A stretch of 64,000 nucleotides of DNA from an uncultured Pseudobdellovibrionaceae bacterium (GCA_963803705.1 CAWDNU010000004.1:864001-928000); one strand, 5' to 3'. Counted from the first letter of the stretch, positions 21,792 to 31,690 are shown. The notes: generated by a model from the sequence alone, not told the origin. Made by a program: numbers and translations.

Positions 21792-22106
21792 TTATTCCTT
21801 AACCATAAATGATGTCGAACCAATATTTATAATTTTACCTATAGTAGGACTCTTAATCTGAATTGACCCTAAGGCTAAGCTGGTGATGGTTTTATCTGAT
21901 ATCTTTCTTGAATAATCTGTGTGCAAGTCTCTGTACTCGTCGTCATGAATTTTGAACTCTGAAGATAGCTTGTATATTTCATAAGATTTTCTTTTAAGCT
22001 CCATTCTGGTGAACAATATCGACATCGCAGTGGTTAAAAAAATTATAAGCGACAAAAAAAAGTTTAAGCCTAATTTTTGACTATCAGTAGTTTTTTTATT
22101 ACTCAT
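21792..22106 (-). CDS. ftsL: Cell division protein FtsL-like
   Basis: Small single-TM plus coiled-coil protein between rsmH and ftsI. Confidence 0.65.
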   Translation of the reverse strand: MSNKKTTDSQKLGLNFFLSLIIFLTTAMSILFTRMELKRKSYEIYKLSSEFKIHDDEYRDLHTDYSRKISDKTITSLALGSIQIKSPTIGKIINIGSTSFMVKE

Positions 22107-23110
22107 GTTTTTTCTCCTTTTTGTTCGGTCTTCACAGTGTTACCTTGAGGGCTATTACGCCCCGACTTCATAGTTTTACCTTGAGGGCTACTACGCCCCG
22201 ACTTTAGAGATTTAATTTTCGTGCCTTTTTCGAAAACTCGAAGAAGTGCGCTTCTAGATCTTGGATTATTTATTATCTCTTCGCGGCCTGGCTTAATTAC
22301 TTTTTTTGTGACTGGAAAACCTATAGTTGAATTCCTAAATATGTGTTTAACAATTCTATCTTCCAATGAGTGAAAGGTAAGAACTAACAAGCGGCCCCCA
22401 TCTTTTAAGCATGTCATTATTTCTGGCAAAGAACTTTTTAAGCCTTCCAGCTCGTTATTTACTGCCATCCTTAAGGCCAAAAAATACCTTGTAGCTGGAT
22501 GAGAGCCTTTTTTTCTCCAGCCCTCAACGCCTTCAACTAATTTTGACAATTCTAAAGTAGTTTCAAAGAAATTTTTCTTACGTCGAAGTATAATTTCACG
22601 AGTCACTCTAGCTGGATTATAAATTTCGCCATAAGTTTTAAATATTTCGTTAAGCTCTTCTTCATCATATTCATTAACTATGGTCGATGCTTTCAAAACT
22701 TGATTTTGATCCATCCTCATGTCTAGTGGTCCGTCGTTGTAGAAACTAAAACCTCTTTGAGCCTGGTCTAACTGAGGGGAACTTACCCCTAAATCCATGA
22801 GAATAAGATCGAAGTTCTGCTTAATATGATTCTCTTTAGAGTACTTGATCCAAGTGTGAAAATTCGAATGGTGAAATTCTGCCGATGAGTCAAGATTAAT
22901 TTCAATGAATTTGTTTCTTGTCTCATCTATTGCCTGCAGATCCTGATCAACACCTACACAGTATAAATCTTTAAATTCGGACATAAAGGCTATGGCGTGA
23001 CCTCCGCGGCCTAAAGTCAGATCTAAAAATCTTTTGGGGGGGCGATTTAAATTTTGAATCTGACTTACGCACTCATCTTTCAATACGGGAATATGTTTAA
23101 AGGCCATCAC
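22103..23110 (-). CDS. rsmH: 16S rRNA m4C1402 methyltransferase
   Basis: HIPVL, TLGRGGH, DLGVSSPQLD, PLDMRM, FHSLEDR, NPRSRSA. Confidence 0.98.
   Translation of the reverse strand: MMAFKHIPVLKDECVSQIQNLNRPPKRFLDLTLGRGGHAIAFMSEFKDLYCVGVDQDLQAIDETRNKFIEINLDSSAEFHHSNFHTWIKYSKENHIKQNFDLILMDLGVSSPQLDQAQRGFSFYNDGPLDMRMDQNQVLKASTIVNEYDEEELNEIFKTYGEIYNPARVTREIILRRKKNFFETTLELSKLVEGVEGWRKKGSHPATRYFLALRMAVNNELEGLKSSLPEIMTCLKDGGRLLVLTFHSLEDRIVKHIFRNSTIGFPVTKKVIKPGREEIINNPRSRSALLRVFEKGTKIKSLKSGRSSPQGKTMKSGRNSPQGNTVKTEQKGEKT
22141..22204. repeat. 36-bp-period tandem duplication in the rsmH 3' end
   Basis: taccttgagggcta[t/c]tacgccccgactt at 22141 and 22177. Confidence 0.9.
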
Positions 23111-23562
23111 TCTTTCCCCTGTTGAAATTGACTAACAGCTTTTAAGATATCATCGTAGTTGGTGGCGATATCAGAAAATATTTTTTGCCATGAATTCTCG
23201 TTCCATAATTCAATCTTCTGACCCATTCCTATGGCCACGATTTTGGATTCTAAGCCTGCGAATTCTCTAAGTAGAGTTGGGATAAGCAAACGGTCTTGGG
23301 AATCTTTATTTACTGGTTGTGCGCTAGAGACATAAAATCTTTGGAATGCCTGAACATGAGAGTCAAACTGAGGAAGACCAGCCATTTTAAGCTCAATTTT
23401 ATGCCACTCTGCTAGAGAGTATAAATCTAGACACTTCTCATTTTTGTAAATAGAGTTTGTTATGACGAAGCCACTGTTCACCTGATCGGTAATAAAACCT
23501 GTAGGCAGTCGCAGACGGCCTTTTTGGTCCATTTTAAGATGATAGCGTCCTTGATAGTCCAA
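23107..23562 (-). CDS. mraZ: Transcriptional regulator MraZ
   Basis: Two DxxGR-type repeats (DQKGRLRLP, DSQDRLLIP), IELW; first gene of dcw. Confidence 0.95.
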   Translation of the reverse strand: MDYQGRYHLKMDQKGRLRLPTGFITDQVNSGFVITNSIYKNEKCLDLYSLAEWHKIELKMAGLPQFDSHVQAFQRFYVSSAQPVNKDSQDRLLIPTLLREFAGLESKIVAIGMGQKIELWNENSWQKIFSDIATNYDDILKAVSQFQQGKE

Positions 23563-23598
23563 TTAACTCCCTATTTACTTTGTAAATACTGATTTAAA

Positions 23599-23623
23599 CC
23601 ACTTTTATCCACTAATTACCACT
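23599..23623 (-). promoter_or_regulatory. Probable MraZ operator: three AGTGG boxes at 10-bp period
   Basis: CCACT at 23599, 23609, 23619 on plus strand, directly upstream of mraZ; matches known GTGG-repeat MraZ sites. Confidence 0.8.
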
Positions 23624-23752
23624 TCGGTGGGTTGATGCTGAATATTTAGTGTATTTTCTGGGAAACATCTAGATTTGACTAAGATTTGGCGAAATGAAAA
23701 AAAATCGGACCTAAGTGTACCCTTCCAAGGGCTAGCTTGCTATTCTTCAGAA

Positions 23753-24382
23753 ATGGTAAAAACGTCTCAAACATTGAATCCCGAAGAATCAAAACCGACG
23801 TCCGGGATTATTAGCGCAATTACCGGTTGTATGTTCAGCGGCAAGACCGAGGCCCTGATTTACCAGATAAAGCGTCATCATTTAAGAAAAAGAAATTACC
23901 AGATTTTTAAACCAGCCCTAGATAACAGGTTTGGTTTTGAAGACCTAGTTGTTTCACATAATCAACAAAAACTGCCTGCGATGAGTCTTGAAGATCCAAA
24001 AGAAATTTTGCTTCATATAGGAAAATCTGTGAACGTGGTTGGTATTGACGAAGCACAATTTTTTTCTGAAGAGATTGTAACTGTAATTGAAGAGCTTGCT
24101 AATGTGGGAATCGATATAGTTATTTCAGGTCTTGATACGGACTGGCAAGGCCGAGCATTTCATCCAATGCCGCTGATTCTTGCTAAGTCGGACTACATAC
24201 AAAAACTGTACGCTGTGTGTTCTATTTGTGGTGCAGACGCCACCCGCACTCAAAGATTGGTTTCCTCTAATAAGACCGTGCTTGTTGGCGCAGGCGAGGT
24301 TTATCAAGCGCGTTGCCGAACTCATTTCGAACCTTTCCAAAATAGAAAAAAAGAATTAAAATCTATAGAAGCAACTACCTAA
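23753..24382 (+). CDS. tdk: Thymidine kinase
   Basis: GCMFSGKT, IDEAQF, C..C and YQARCR zinc motifs; probable start ATG 23753 (ORF track 23675). Confidence 0.95.
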   Translation: MVKTSQTLNPEESKPTSGIISAITGCMFSGKTEALIYQIKRHHLRKRNYQIFKPALDNRFGFEDLVVSHNQQKLPAMSLEDPKEILLHIGKSVNVVGIDEAQFFSEEIVTVIEELANVGIDIVISGLDTDWQGRAFHPMPLILAKSDYIQKLYAVCSICGADATRTQRLVSSNKTVLVGAGEVYQARCRTHFEPFQNRKKELKSIEATT

Positions 24383-24402
24383 ATAAAAACGGGATCAAAA
24401 TT

Positions 24403-24951
24403 ATGAAATCAGAAAATTTCGCAATAACTCCTTTTATATCAGAAGAAGATATTAAGGAAAAAGTCCAATCGCTAGCAAAAACTATTGAAGCTCAGGTAAA
24501 GGACTACAAGGAGCCTGCGCTTGCGTTATGTGTACTAAAAGGATCCTTCATCTTTTTTGCAGATCTTATCAGGGAAATAAATGCTGATATAAAATGTGAT
24601 TTTTTAGGCTGTTCAAGCTATGGAAAAGCCGACCGCTCTAGTGGCGAAGTTAAATTAACTTTGGACTTGGCAAGTTCTGTTGCTGGCCAAAATATAATTT
24701 TAGTTGAAGACATAGTCGATACTGGTTTGACTATGGATTTTCTAGTTGAGGCACTTAAAGCCAGGCGACCAGAAAGTATAACCACAATCACTTTATTAGA
24801 TAAGCCATCGGCCAGAAAAAATGATTTTAAAGTTGATCACAGCGGTTTTACAGTTCCAGACGAATTTGTCGTCGGCTACGGATTGGACTACGGCGAGCAG
24901 TTCCGCCAGCTTCCCTATATCGGTAAGCTGGTTGACAACGCAATGAACTAA
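24403..24951 (+). CDS. hpt: Hypoxanthine phosphoribosyltransferase
   Basis: VLKGS, VEDIVDTG, FVVGYGLDY. Confidence 0.97.
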   Translation: MKSENFAITPFISEEDIKEKVQSLAKTIEAQVKDYKEPALALCVLKGSFIFFADLIREINADIKCDFLGCSSYGKADRSSGEVKLTLDLASSVAGQNIILVEDIVDTGLTMDFLVEALKARRPESITTITLLDKPSARKNDFKVDHSGFTVPDEFVVGYGLDYGEQFRQLPYIGKLVDNAMN

Positions 24952-26351
24952 TATTGAAGAGCTATACGTTCTGCTACAAGGTCGAAAAGATCTGTTGCCC
25001 GACCCTGCTTTTTTCTAGGTCCATTATAAATAAATGCAAAAGCATAAGTGTTGCCCTTATCCGAATGAATAAATCCAGAAAGTCCTATGACCCCATTTAG
25101 TAGCCCGGTCTTTGCCCTTATCTTTCCTTTAGCTTTTCTCATTCGATTTTTTATTGTTCCGTCTATTCCAGCTCTAGGAAAAGCTGCCAAAAATTCAGCA
25201 TTGTGTTCAGGCTTACCCTGGATTGAGACAAGTATGTCAGTTAAAAAATCAGTAGAAAATTTATTATCAACAGTTAAGCCAGAAGGATTTACAATTTTAA
25301 AGAATCTTTTTGAATAGTTTTTTAAAGTTTCTTTCAGAACTTCTAGCCCCCCTACAATGGTCCCAGGTCTTTTGTTCTTCTGAAAATCTATATACTTGAT
25401 AAGCATCTCGGATATCAAATTATTCGAAAATTTCATCATCATTTTTACAACTTCATCGATCACGACACTTTCGGTTTTAGCCAACCGGATTGCATTTTCA
25501 GGCGCTTGACCAAACTTTATTTCGCCGGTTACTTCCACACCAGCTTCCTTTAAAAACTTCATGGCTTGAATGGCTGCACGACGGGCAGGTAGCGTGTGAC
25601 TTCTGTAAACTGAAAATTCATCACCACTTTTTATCTGCCCTCCAGTGATTATGTTGTCAACACCATCAGTAGTGACTCGATCTACAAGGACCCGGGTCGA
25701 TCTTTTAGAAGTTTTTGTATTGTTACGAATTTTTATAGTTGAATCTGGAGGATCTAAATAAATTCGAGCCTTTTGACCGATATTCTTAGGAAAGACTCTG
25801 ACCCATAGCGAGTTCCAGTTAAAAGATAAGCCCGAAGTCGGCGCGCTGTATGCCCGATGATTACGAGTGGATCTACTTTTATCGAATTTAATATCGTCAA
25901 AAACTGAAGTGTCATAAACAAGATCTCCATTTATTTTTTTAATACCTAAACGGTTGAAATCGTGAATTAGTAACCACAGTTTTTCAGTCACGAATGTTGG
26001 ATCTCCTGATCCTACCAGATATATTGAACTGTTTAGAGTTTCGCCTGTAGGCTTAGTGATCGCTTTTAATTCTGTTATAAATTGATGGTTACTTGGAATA
26101 TTTTCTAGAGCTGCTACGGCTGTAACTATTTTCGTTAGTGATGCCGGAATTCTTTGTTGCTCAGAGTTTAATCGTAAGAAGGGCAACCATTTATCTTCTT
26201 TATCAAGTTTCAAAATTGAGATAGATAGATCATTTTTTGGTATTTTGTGTCTAGAAACAAGGTTGCCAAAAACATCTGTGAAATCAGCAAAACAAACATA
26301 AGGTGCACATAGATAACATAAGATAAAAGCCAGACTTTTTAGCGTTTTCAT
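24948..26351 (-). CDS. dacB: D-Ala-D-Ala carboxypeptidase/endopeptidase (PBP4, S13)
   Basis: PASLTK, GSGDP, SNN, KTG; signal peptide. Confidence 0.94.
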   Translation of the reverse strand: MKTLKSLAFILCYLCAPYVCFADFTDVFGNLVSRHKIPKNDLSISILKLDKEDKWLPFLRLNSEQQRIPASLTKIVTAVAALENIPSNHQFITELKAITKPTGETLNSSIYLVGSGDPTFVTEKLWLLIHDFNRLGIKKINGDLVYDTSVFDDIKFDKSRSTRNHRAYSAPTSGLSFNWNSLWVRVFPKNIGQKARIYLDPPDSTIKIRNNTKTSKRSTRVLVDRVTTDGVDNIITGGQIKSGDEFSVYRSHTLPARRAAIQAMKFLKEAGVEVTGEIKFGQAPENAIRLAKTESVVIDEVVKMMMKFSNNLISEMLIKYIDFQKNKRPGTIVGGLEVLKETLKNYSKRFFKIVNPSGLTVDNKFSTDFLTDILVSIQGKPEHNAEFLAAFPRAGIDGTIKNRMRKAKGKIRAKTGLLNGVIGLSGFIHSDKGNTYAFAFIYNGPRKKQGRATDLFDLVAERIALQY

Positions 26352-26379
26352 AACAATAGTTTATCTAACGTTTACCTAA

Positions 26380-27945
26380 ATGCAAGAAACTGGTAGCTTA
26401 AAAGCTATGAACCAAAGGCATTCAAATCTTAAGATTTTACTTTTTACATTCATTTGTTTATTTACTTTTTCCTGCACAAAAAAAAATATTAGAAAAAGCG
26501 ATACCGTAGTGGTAGCAATTAGCTCTATTCCATCGACTTTAGACCCAAGATTTGCATTGGATTCAGAGGGCATGAAGATTGGATCACTAATTTTCCAATC
26601 CTTAGTTAAGATCGGTCCCGATATGAACATAGTCGGAGACGCTTCGATTGGTTGGAATTTAAAAACTTTAGATAATCTAAAAAGTGAATTGACGTTCACA
26701 CTGAAACAAAATCTCTACTTTAGTGATGGAACCAAGGTTCAGTGTTCAGATATTGTATTTTCTATAGAGCAATATCAAGCAGAGAGCTCGCCCTTTAAAT
26801 CTGCATTTCAAAATATAGTATCCAAGAAATGTGTTGATGATAAACTTGCGCTAATTTTTGACTCTTATTCTGAAAAAGTACTTAATTCTGATTTACCGGT
26901 GATCAAAATTTTACCTAAAAATATGGTTTTAAAACTAAAGGAAAAGTTCAAAAGCAATTTGGTAGGTTCAGGTCCTTATAAAGTTGATTTTATCAAAGAG
27001 ACTGAAATCAACCTAAGTCGCAACTTACACAATGTAGGCAAGCCAAATATTCTAAAACTACAGTTTAAAGTTATCAAAGATGATTTTACTCGTTTTCTAA
27101 AGATGTATAATGGGGATTTAGACTTAGCTGTTTCAGCACTTCCGAAAAATAAAATAAAATCTTTAGAGAAAATTGACCGATTACGAATTATTAAAAAGCC
27201 TGGTTTAAGCATGGCTTATCTGCTTCTGAATTTAAAAAATAAAGAATTGGCTAAATTAGAAAATAGAAAATCTATTTTCGATGGAATTGATCGTAAAGAA
27301 ATTATCAAGTATAAACTTGAGGGTTTAGCGCAACCTGCAACATCTATTTTGACCCCGGCTAATCCTTATTTCTTGGAAGAGTTCAAATCCTACACCCAGA
27401 AGAAAGTTGATCTTGAAGCCCTTCGGGCAAAGGTGCTTCAGTCTAACCTTTCTAAAATTGTTTTAAATTTAAAAACCTCTAACACAAGAGAAGCAGTTGA
27501 AAATGCAAAACTTATCGCAATTCAATTAAGAAGAATCGGTTTGCGTATAAATCATGAAAGTTACGAGTGGGGTACCTATTACAAAGATATCAAACAAGGT
27601 GAATATGACCTTGCCACAATGACCTGGGTAGGCGCTTACGACCCAGATATTTATCGTATCGCTTTATCAAGTAACGAGATTCCCCCCGATGGCCGAAACA
27701 GAGGTTATTATAGCAACAAGATGTTGGACGAATTAACTTTAAGAGGAGTTGGTGAATTAGATAATCGTAAACGAAAACACATTTACGACCAGGTTCAAAA
27801 AATTGCTTTTGAAGACCTAGCCATAATTCCACTATGGTATGAGGACAGCATCACAGTCATAGATAAAAGGATAAAAAACTATCAACCTTCGTTAAATGGT
27901 GATTACTCTGGCTTGCTTGGCGCAAGTCTAGGTGAAAGTTTGTGA
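26380..27945 (+). CDS. ABC transporter substrate-binding lipoprotein, family 5 (peptide/nickel)
   Basis: Lipobox TFSC, TLDP, FSDGT, GSGPY, IIPLWY; true start may be 26407. Confidence 0.9.
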   Translation: MQETGSLKAMNQRHSNLKILLFTFICLFTFSCTKKNIRKSDTVVVAISSIPSTLDPRFALDSEGMKIGSLIFQSLVKIGPDMNIVGDASIGWNLKTLDNLKSELTFTLKQNLYFSDGTKVQCSDIVFSIEQYQAESSPFKSAFQNIVSKKCVDDKLALIFDSYSEKVLNSDLPVIKILPKNMVLKLKEKFKSNLVGSGPYKVDFIKETEINLSRNLHNVGKPNILKLQFKVIKDDFTRFLKMYNGDLDLAVSALPKNKIKSLEKIDRLRIIKKPGLSMAYLLLNLKNKELAKLENRKSIFDGIDRKEIIKYKLEGLAQPATSILTPANPYFLEEFKSYTQKKVDLEALRAKVLQSNLSKIVLNLKTSNTREAVENAKLIAIQLRRIGLRINHESYEWGTYYKDIKQGEYDLATMTWVGAYDPDIYRIALSSNEIPPDGRNRGYYSNKMLDELTLRGVGELDNRKRKHIYDQVQKIAFEDLAIIPLWYEDSITVIDKRIKNYQPSLNGDYSGLLGASLGESL

Positions 27946-28165
27946 ATTCATATCTAAAAATTAATTGATTACATCTGCTAAAAGCGAGTTCTTTGGCATA
28001 AAGCTTTGCTATTAAAGATGATAAGAACGGTAGAGACGTTAAAAAAAAGATAGATATAAAACATAGAAATCTGCAAAGCGAATGCCAATGCTTGTTCGAG
28101 CCTTTTAGCAGGTGTAATCAATTAATTTTTAGATATGAATTCACAAACTTTCACCTAGACTTGCG
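27921..28165. repeat. 64-bp inverted repeat (1 mismatch) flanking a 117-bp core
   Basis: 27921-27984 is the reverse complement of 28102-28165 except T27974/G28112. Confidence 0.95.
28072..28087 (-). promoter_or_regulatory. Putative sigma54 -24/-12 promoter inside the inverted-repeat core
   Basis: Minus strand TGGCAT-TCGCT-TTGCA, GG-N10-GC. Confidence 0.55.
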
Positions 28166-28212
28166 TTAGACCTCTACAGAAGTTTAAAAGAAAATCTCGA
28201 CGATAATCAGCT

Positions 28213-28239
28213 TAACAAAATACCTAAAAAAGCCGTTAT
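28213..28239 (+). promoter_or_regulatory. Putative sigma28 (FliA)-type promoter
   Basis: TAAC-N15-GCCGTTAT, 7 nt before GTG at 28247. Confidence 0.45.
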
Positions 28240-28246
28240 AGCTTAT

Positions 28247-29212
28247 GTGAAAAGAATAGACTGGTTACTTATAGTTGCCTTGATTTTATGTTTGATAGCT
28301 GCTGATCAATGGACTAAATATTGGGCCCTAACTGAGCTTAGAGTTTTTGGAAAATGGGTTTCTCCATTTATGGGTTTCTTTCTACATAAAAATCATGGGG
28401 CACTGTTAGGTAGCTTTTCTAATTTGCCACCTTTACTAAGAATTGTAAGCCTTGCCACCGGCGGCGTCTTCTTAATATTTATCTTCACCATCATCATGAG
28501 TTTGCTGCAACATCGACTGATGGTTCTTAGAACCGGCATGGCTATACTGTTAGGTGGTATTTTAGGTAACGTGGCCGACAGAATCATGCATGGACCAGTT
28601 ACTGACTTTATAGTCTTGAAGGCTTTTGGCATGTTTAGCCCGGCATTCAATATATCAGATGCAACTCAGTGGGTCGGTTACGTCTTAATATGTTACTCTA
28701 TTTTTAAGCATGGGCATTTAATTTGGCCTGATGATAACAAGCGAAATAAGCTTTGGATCGATAAAAGCTATCAGCTTAAATACGGTTTAACATTTGTAGG
28801 CTTCTCAGCTTTATTTTCTATGATTTTAGGAGTCTATAGCTTCACTTTTTTAAGAGTCATGGTCAAAGAATCTATTAAAAGTCCTGCATTCATATCGAAT
28901 CAATCACTTACTCCTTTTGTGATTGTTTTTACGATTGTAAGCCTAACTTTTTTATTAGTTATATTTATGATTGCATTAAGACTTTCACATAGGAGCGTCG
29001 GGCCCGTCTACGCATTTAGAAGCTTCATAAAAGATTTGCGCGCCGGTAAACCTAGACAATTAAAGCTTCGAAGTCACGATGACTTTAAATACCTAGAACA
29101 AGAGGCTAAGTTACTGAAAAAAGACTATGGTCATTATTTTGACCTTAAAAAACAAAATGACAATAACCAAGCTGACAAGCTAATTGATCTGAAAAAGACC
29201 GCTAGCGAGTAG
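28247..29212 (+). CDS. lspA: Signal peptidase II (LspA) domain fused to C-terminal 2-TM/HAMP-like domain
   Basis: DQWTK, NHGA, GNVADR, VTDF, FNISD; about 150 extra aa with TMs and SHRSVGPVYAFRSFIKDL...DDF. Confidence 0.8.
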   Translation: MKRIDWLLIVALILCLIAADQWTKYWALTELRVFGKWVSPFMGFFLHKNHGALLGSFSNLPPLLRIVSLATGGVFLIFIFTIIMSLLQHRLMVLRTGMAILLGGILGNVADRIMHGPVTDFIVLKAFGMFSPAFNISDATQWVGYVLICYSIFKHGHLIWPDDNKRNKLWIDKSYQLKYGLTFVGFSALFSMILGVYSFTFLRVMVKESIKSPAFISNQSLTPFVIVFTIVSLTFLLVIFMIALRLSHRSVGPVYAFRSFIKDLRAGKPRQLKLRSHDDFKYLEQEAKLLKKDYGHYFDLKKQNDNNQADKLIDLKKTASE

Positions 29213-29277
29213 TGTATTAGTAGATCTACCCTTGATTGATATAAGGATATATTGCAATAATACCGGATGAAGTTTCA

Positions 29278-30879
29278 TTGTCTATTAAGCTATTTATATC
29301 TAAATCGAGTAATTGTATTATGTTAAAAAGTAAAATTGGACTTTGTTTAACATACCTGTTTCTAGTTACCTTTCTTTCCGTAAGCTTTTTACACGATGCT
29401 TCGACTCAGCAGCTAAAAGTTCTAAAAAATCCTATTCATATTGACTCAGTAAATTCCAATAGACAAGAAAATGGTTCAGAGGTTTTTGAGCTTAAGCTTG
29501 AAATTGCAAAAAACCATTTTCTATACCTAGATGAATTGCTAGTAGTTTCAGAATTAGAAAATCTAAATAACGCTAGCTTCGAAGTCGAAGCCAGTCCAAT
29601 AGTAGAATTTAAGGATAAATTTTCAAACTATGAACTTAAAAAAGGTCTGCGAAACAAAGGCTCAATTGCATTTAAAGTTCCGTTCGGGTTTAATTTTAAT
29701 TCTAAATTTAAACTAAGTTATAAAGTTTGTACAAAAGACTTTTGTTACCTGCCAAAAACGCTAAATTTTGAACATGGTCAAATATCAAATCAAAAAAAAA
29801 GCAAACCAGCTGAATTTTCTTTCTTTGGTTTAAACTTAAATTTTAACTCTTCATCTTATTTCCTTATTTTTCTGATCGTATTCTTGGCTGGTATTCTAAC
29901 GTCATTTACACCGTGCATATTTCCTTTGGTTCCAATCACGCTTGCTCTGATACAAAATAATTTAAAATTAGGTCGTTTCAAAAGTTTTCAAAAAACTCTG
30001 ATTTTTGTAATTGGTATTGCCACTACTTATTCTCTTCTTGGGATTTTGGCTGCCTCAACAGGTACTTTTTTTGGCCAGCTCTTATCAAATACCTATGTTT
30101 TGATTGTTATATCCTTGATCTACTTTTTGATGGCATTCAGCCTATTTGGATTTTTTGAAATTCAGATTTTTCAGAACCTACAAAACAGGTTTTCTAAAAT
30201 ATCTACACAATCAAATATTGGCGTGTTTTTATTTGGCATAATTACAGGAATTTTCGCCAGCCCCTGTGTTGGTCCCATCTTAATTGCCGTCTTAACCTAT
30301 GCGGCTCAAAGCAAAAATATGAGCTTTTCTTTTTTTCTACTGTTCACGTACGCACTGGGCTTAGGACAGATATTTTTACTTCTAAGTTTATTTTCAAACT
30401 TGGTCAATAAGCTTCCAAGATCTGGGCAATGGTTAAACTTAGTGAAATATGCACTAGGTGCTTTGTTGATTTTGGCTGGTTTGTTCTTTTTCGTACCTGC
30501 AGTAAAGTCTATTTTAAAACCTGAAACTACTAGCTACCAATTGCAGCTTGAGAAAGCTTTAGCCTCTAAAAAAATTGTTATCGTCGACTTCAAAGCAGAT
30601 TGGTGTGGCGCTTGTAAAGAACTTGAGTATAAAACCTTCATACATCCTGAAGTTAAAGCGTTCTTGGACAAAAATACATTTTTACCTATAGACGTGACAG
30701 TAACAAATGATGAAACAAGTCTGTTACTGCAGAAGTACAACGTTATAGGTTTACCCCACGTGATGTTTTTTGATGAAAATGGAATTTTGCTTCCAGATTT
30801 AACAATTTCCAGTTATATAAACGCCAAAGAGATGCTTGAAATAATTAATTCTATCAAATCTAAGAAATCAAAAAATTAA
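29278..30879 (+). CDS. dsbD: Thiol:disulfide interchange protein DsbD
   Basis: N-domain CTKDFCYLP, TM FTPCIFP and SPCVGP, thioredoxin WCGAC. Confidence 0.93.
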   Translation: MSIKLFISKSSNCIMLKSKIGLCLTYLFLVTFLSVSFLHDASTQQLKVLKNPIHIDSVNSNRQENGSEVFELKLEIAKNHFLYLDELLVVSELENLNNASFEVEASPIVEFKDKFSNYELKKGLRNKGSIAFKVPFGFNFNSKFKLSYKVCTKDFCYLPKTLNFEHGQISNQKKSKPAEFSFFGLNLNFNSSSYFLIFLIVFLAGILTSFTPCIFPLVPITLALIQNNLKLGRFKSFQKTLIFVIGIATTYSLLGILAASTGTFFGQLLSNTYVLIVISLIYFLMAFSLFGFFEIQIFQNLQNRFSKISTQSNIGVFLFGIITGIFASPCVGPILIAVLTYAAQSKNMSFSFFLLFTYALGLGQIFLLLSLFSNLVNKLPRSGQWLNLVKYALGALLILAGLFFFVPAVKSILKPETTSYQLQLEKALASKKIVIVDFKADWCGACKELEYKTFIHPEVKAFLDKNTFLPIDVTVTNDETSLLLQKYNVIGLPHVMFFDENGILLPDLTISSYINAKEMLEIINSIKSKKSKN

Positions 30880-30901
30880 CCTTAGGCGAAAAGGCATTTA
30901 A

Positions 30902-31627
30902 ATGGCAATAGTTAGGCTAAATAAATTTATTGCAGACTGTGGTATATGCTCACGGCGTAAGGCCGACGAAATGATCGAAGAAGGTCTAGTCACTATTAAT
31001 GGGCATAAGGCCTTTGAGTTTGGTCTAAAAGTCGATACCGACACAGATACAGTCAAAGTCTCTGGTAAGGTTATTAGAAAAAAGAGCCAATTTGTATACT
31101 TTGTTTTTAATAAACCCACTCAAGTTTTAACGTCAATGTCTGATCCGTCAGGGCGACCAACGGTTGCGGATTACTTTGCAGAGTATAAAAAGCACCGCCT
31201 TTTTCCTGTCGGTAGACTGGACTGGGACAGTGAAGGTTTGTTGATTATGACTAATGATGGCGATTATTCTCAAAAAGTTTCTCACCCTAAAGAAGAAATT
31301 CCAAAAAGTTATTTAGTAAAGATAAATGCACCTTTAAGTTTAGCTCAAGCTGAAAAGTTAAAACGAGGGGTAAGCATTGTAGGCGGCAAGGTTAAGGCTA
31401 AACATCTGGCTCCGGTTAAAAAGTCAGGTAAATCAACCGACAATAATTGGGTATCAATCACCATCACTGAAGGTAAAAACAGACAGGTCCGCCGGATGTT
31501 TGAAAAACTTGGTATTGATGTTTTAAGGTTAAGACGAGTTTCAATTGGACGATTAAAAGTTGGCTCTATTAAAAAAGGTGAAATCAGACAAATCCCACCA
31601 GAAATGGCACTTAGAGCATTTCAGTAA
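30902..31627 (+). CDS. rRNA pseudouridine synthase (RsuA/RluB family)
   Basis: S4 domain SRRKAD, GRLD, EGKNRQVRRM. Confidence 0.93.
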   Translation: MAIVRLNKFIADCGICSRRKADEMIEEGLVTINGHKAFEFGLKVDTDTDTVKVSGKVIRKKSQFVYFVFNKPTQVLTSMSDPSGRPTVADYFAEYKKHRLFPVGRLDWDSEGLLIMTNDGDYSQKVSHPKEEIPKSYLVKINAPLSLAQAEKLKRGVSIVGGKVKAKHLAPVKKSGKSTDNNWVSITITEGKNRQVRRMFEKLGIDVLRLRRVSIGRLKVGSIKKGEIRQIPPEMALRAFQ

Positions 31628-31690
31628 GTGACAAATACTACATTAAGATTGATATTTGTGAGATTTAAATAAGCTTAGATCTACTTTTAT

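Noticed and set aside
27979..28122. Short hydrophobic minus-strand ORF (~47 aa) in the inverted-repeat core, resembling a type I toxin
   Set aside because: TTG start without RBS; hydrophobicity is explained by the T-rich core
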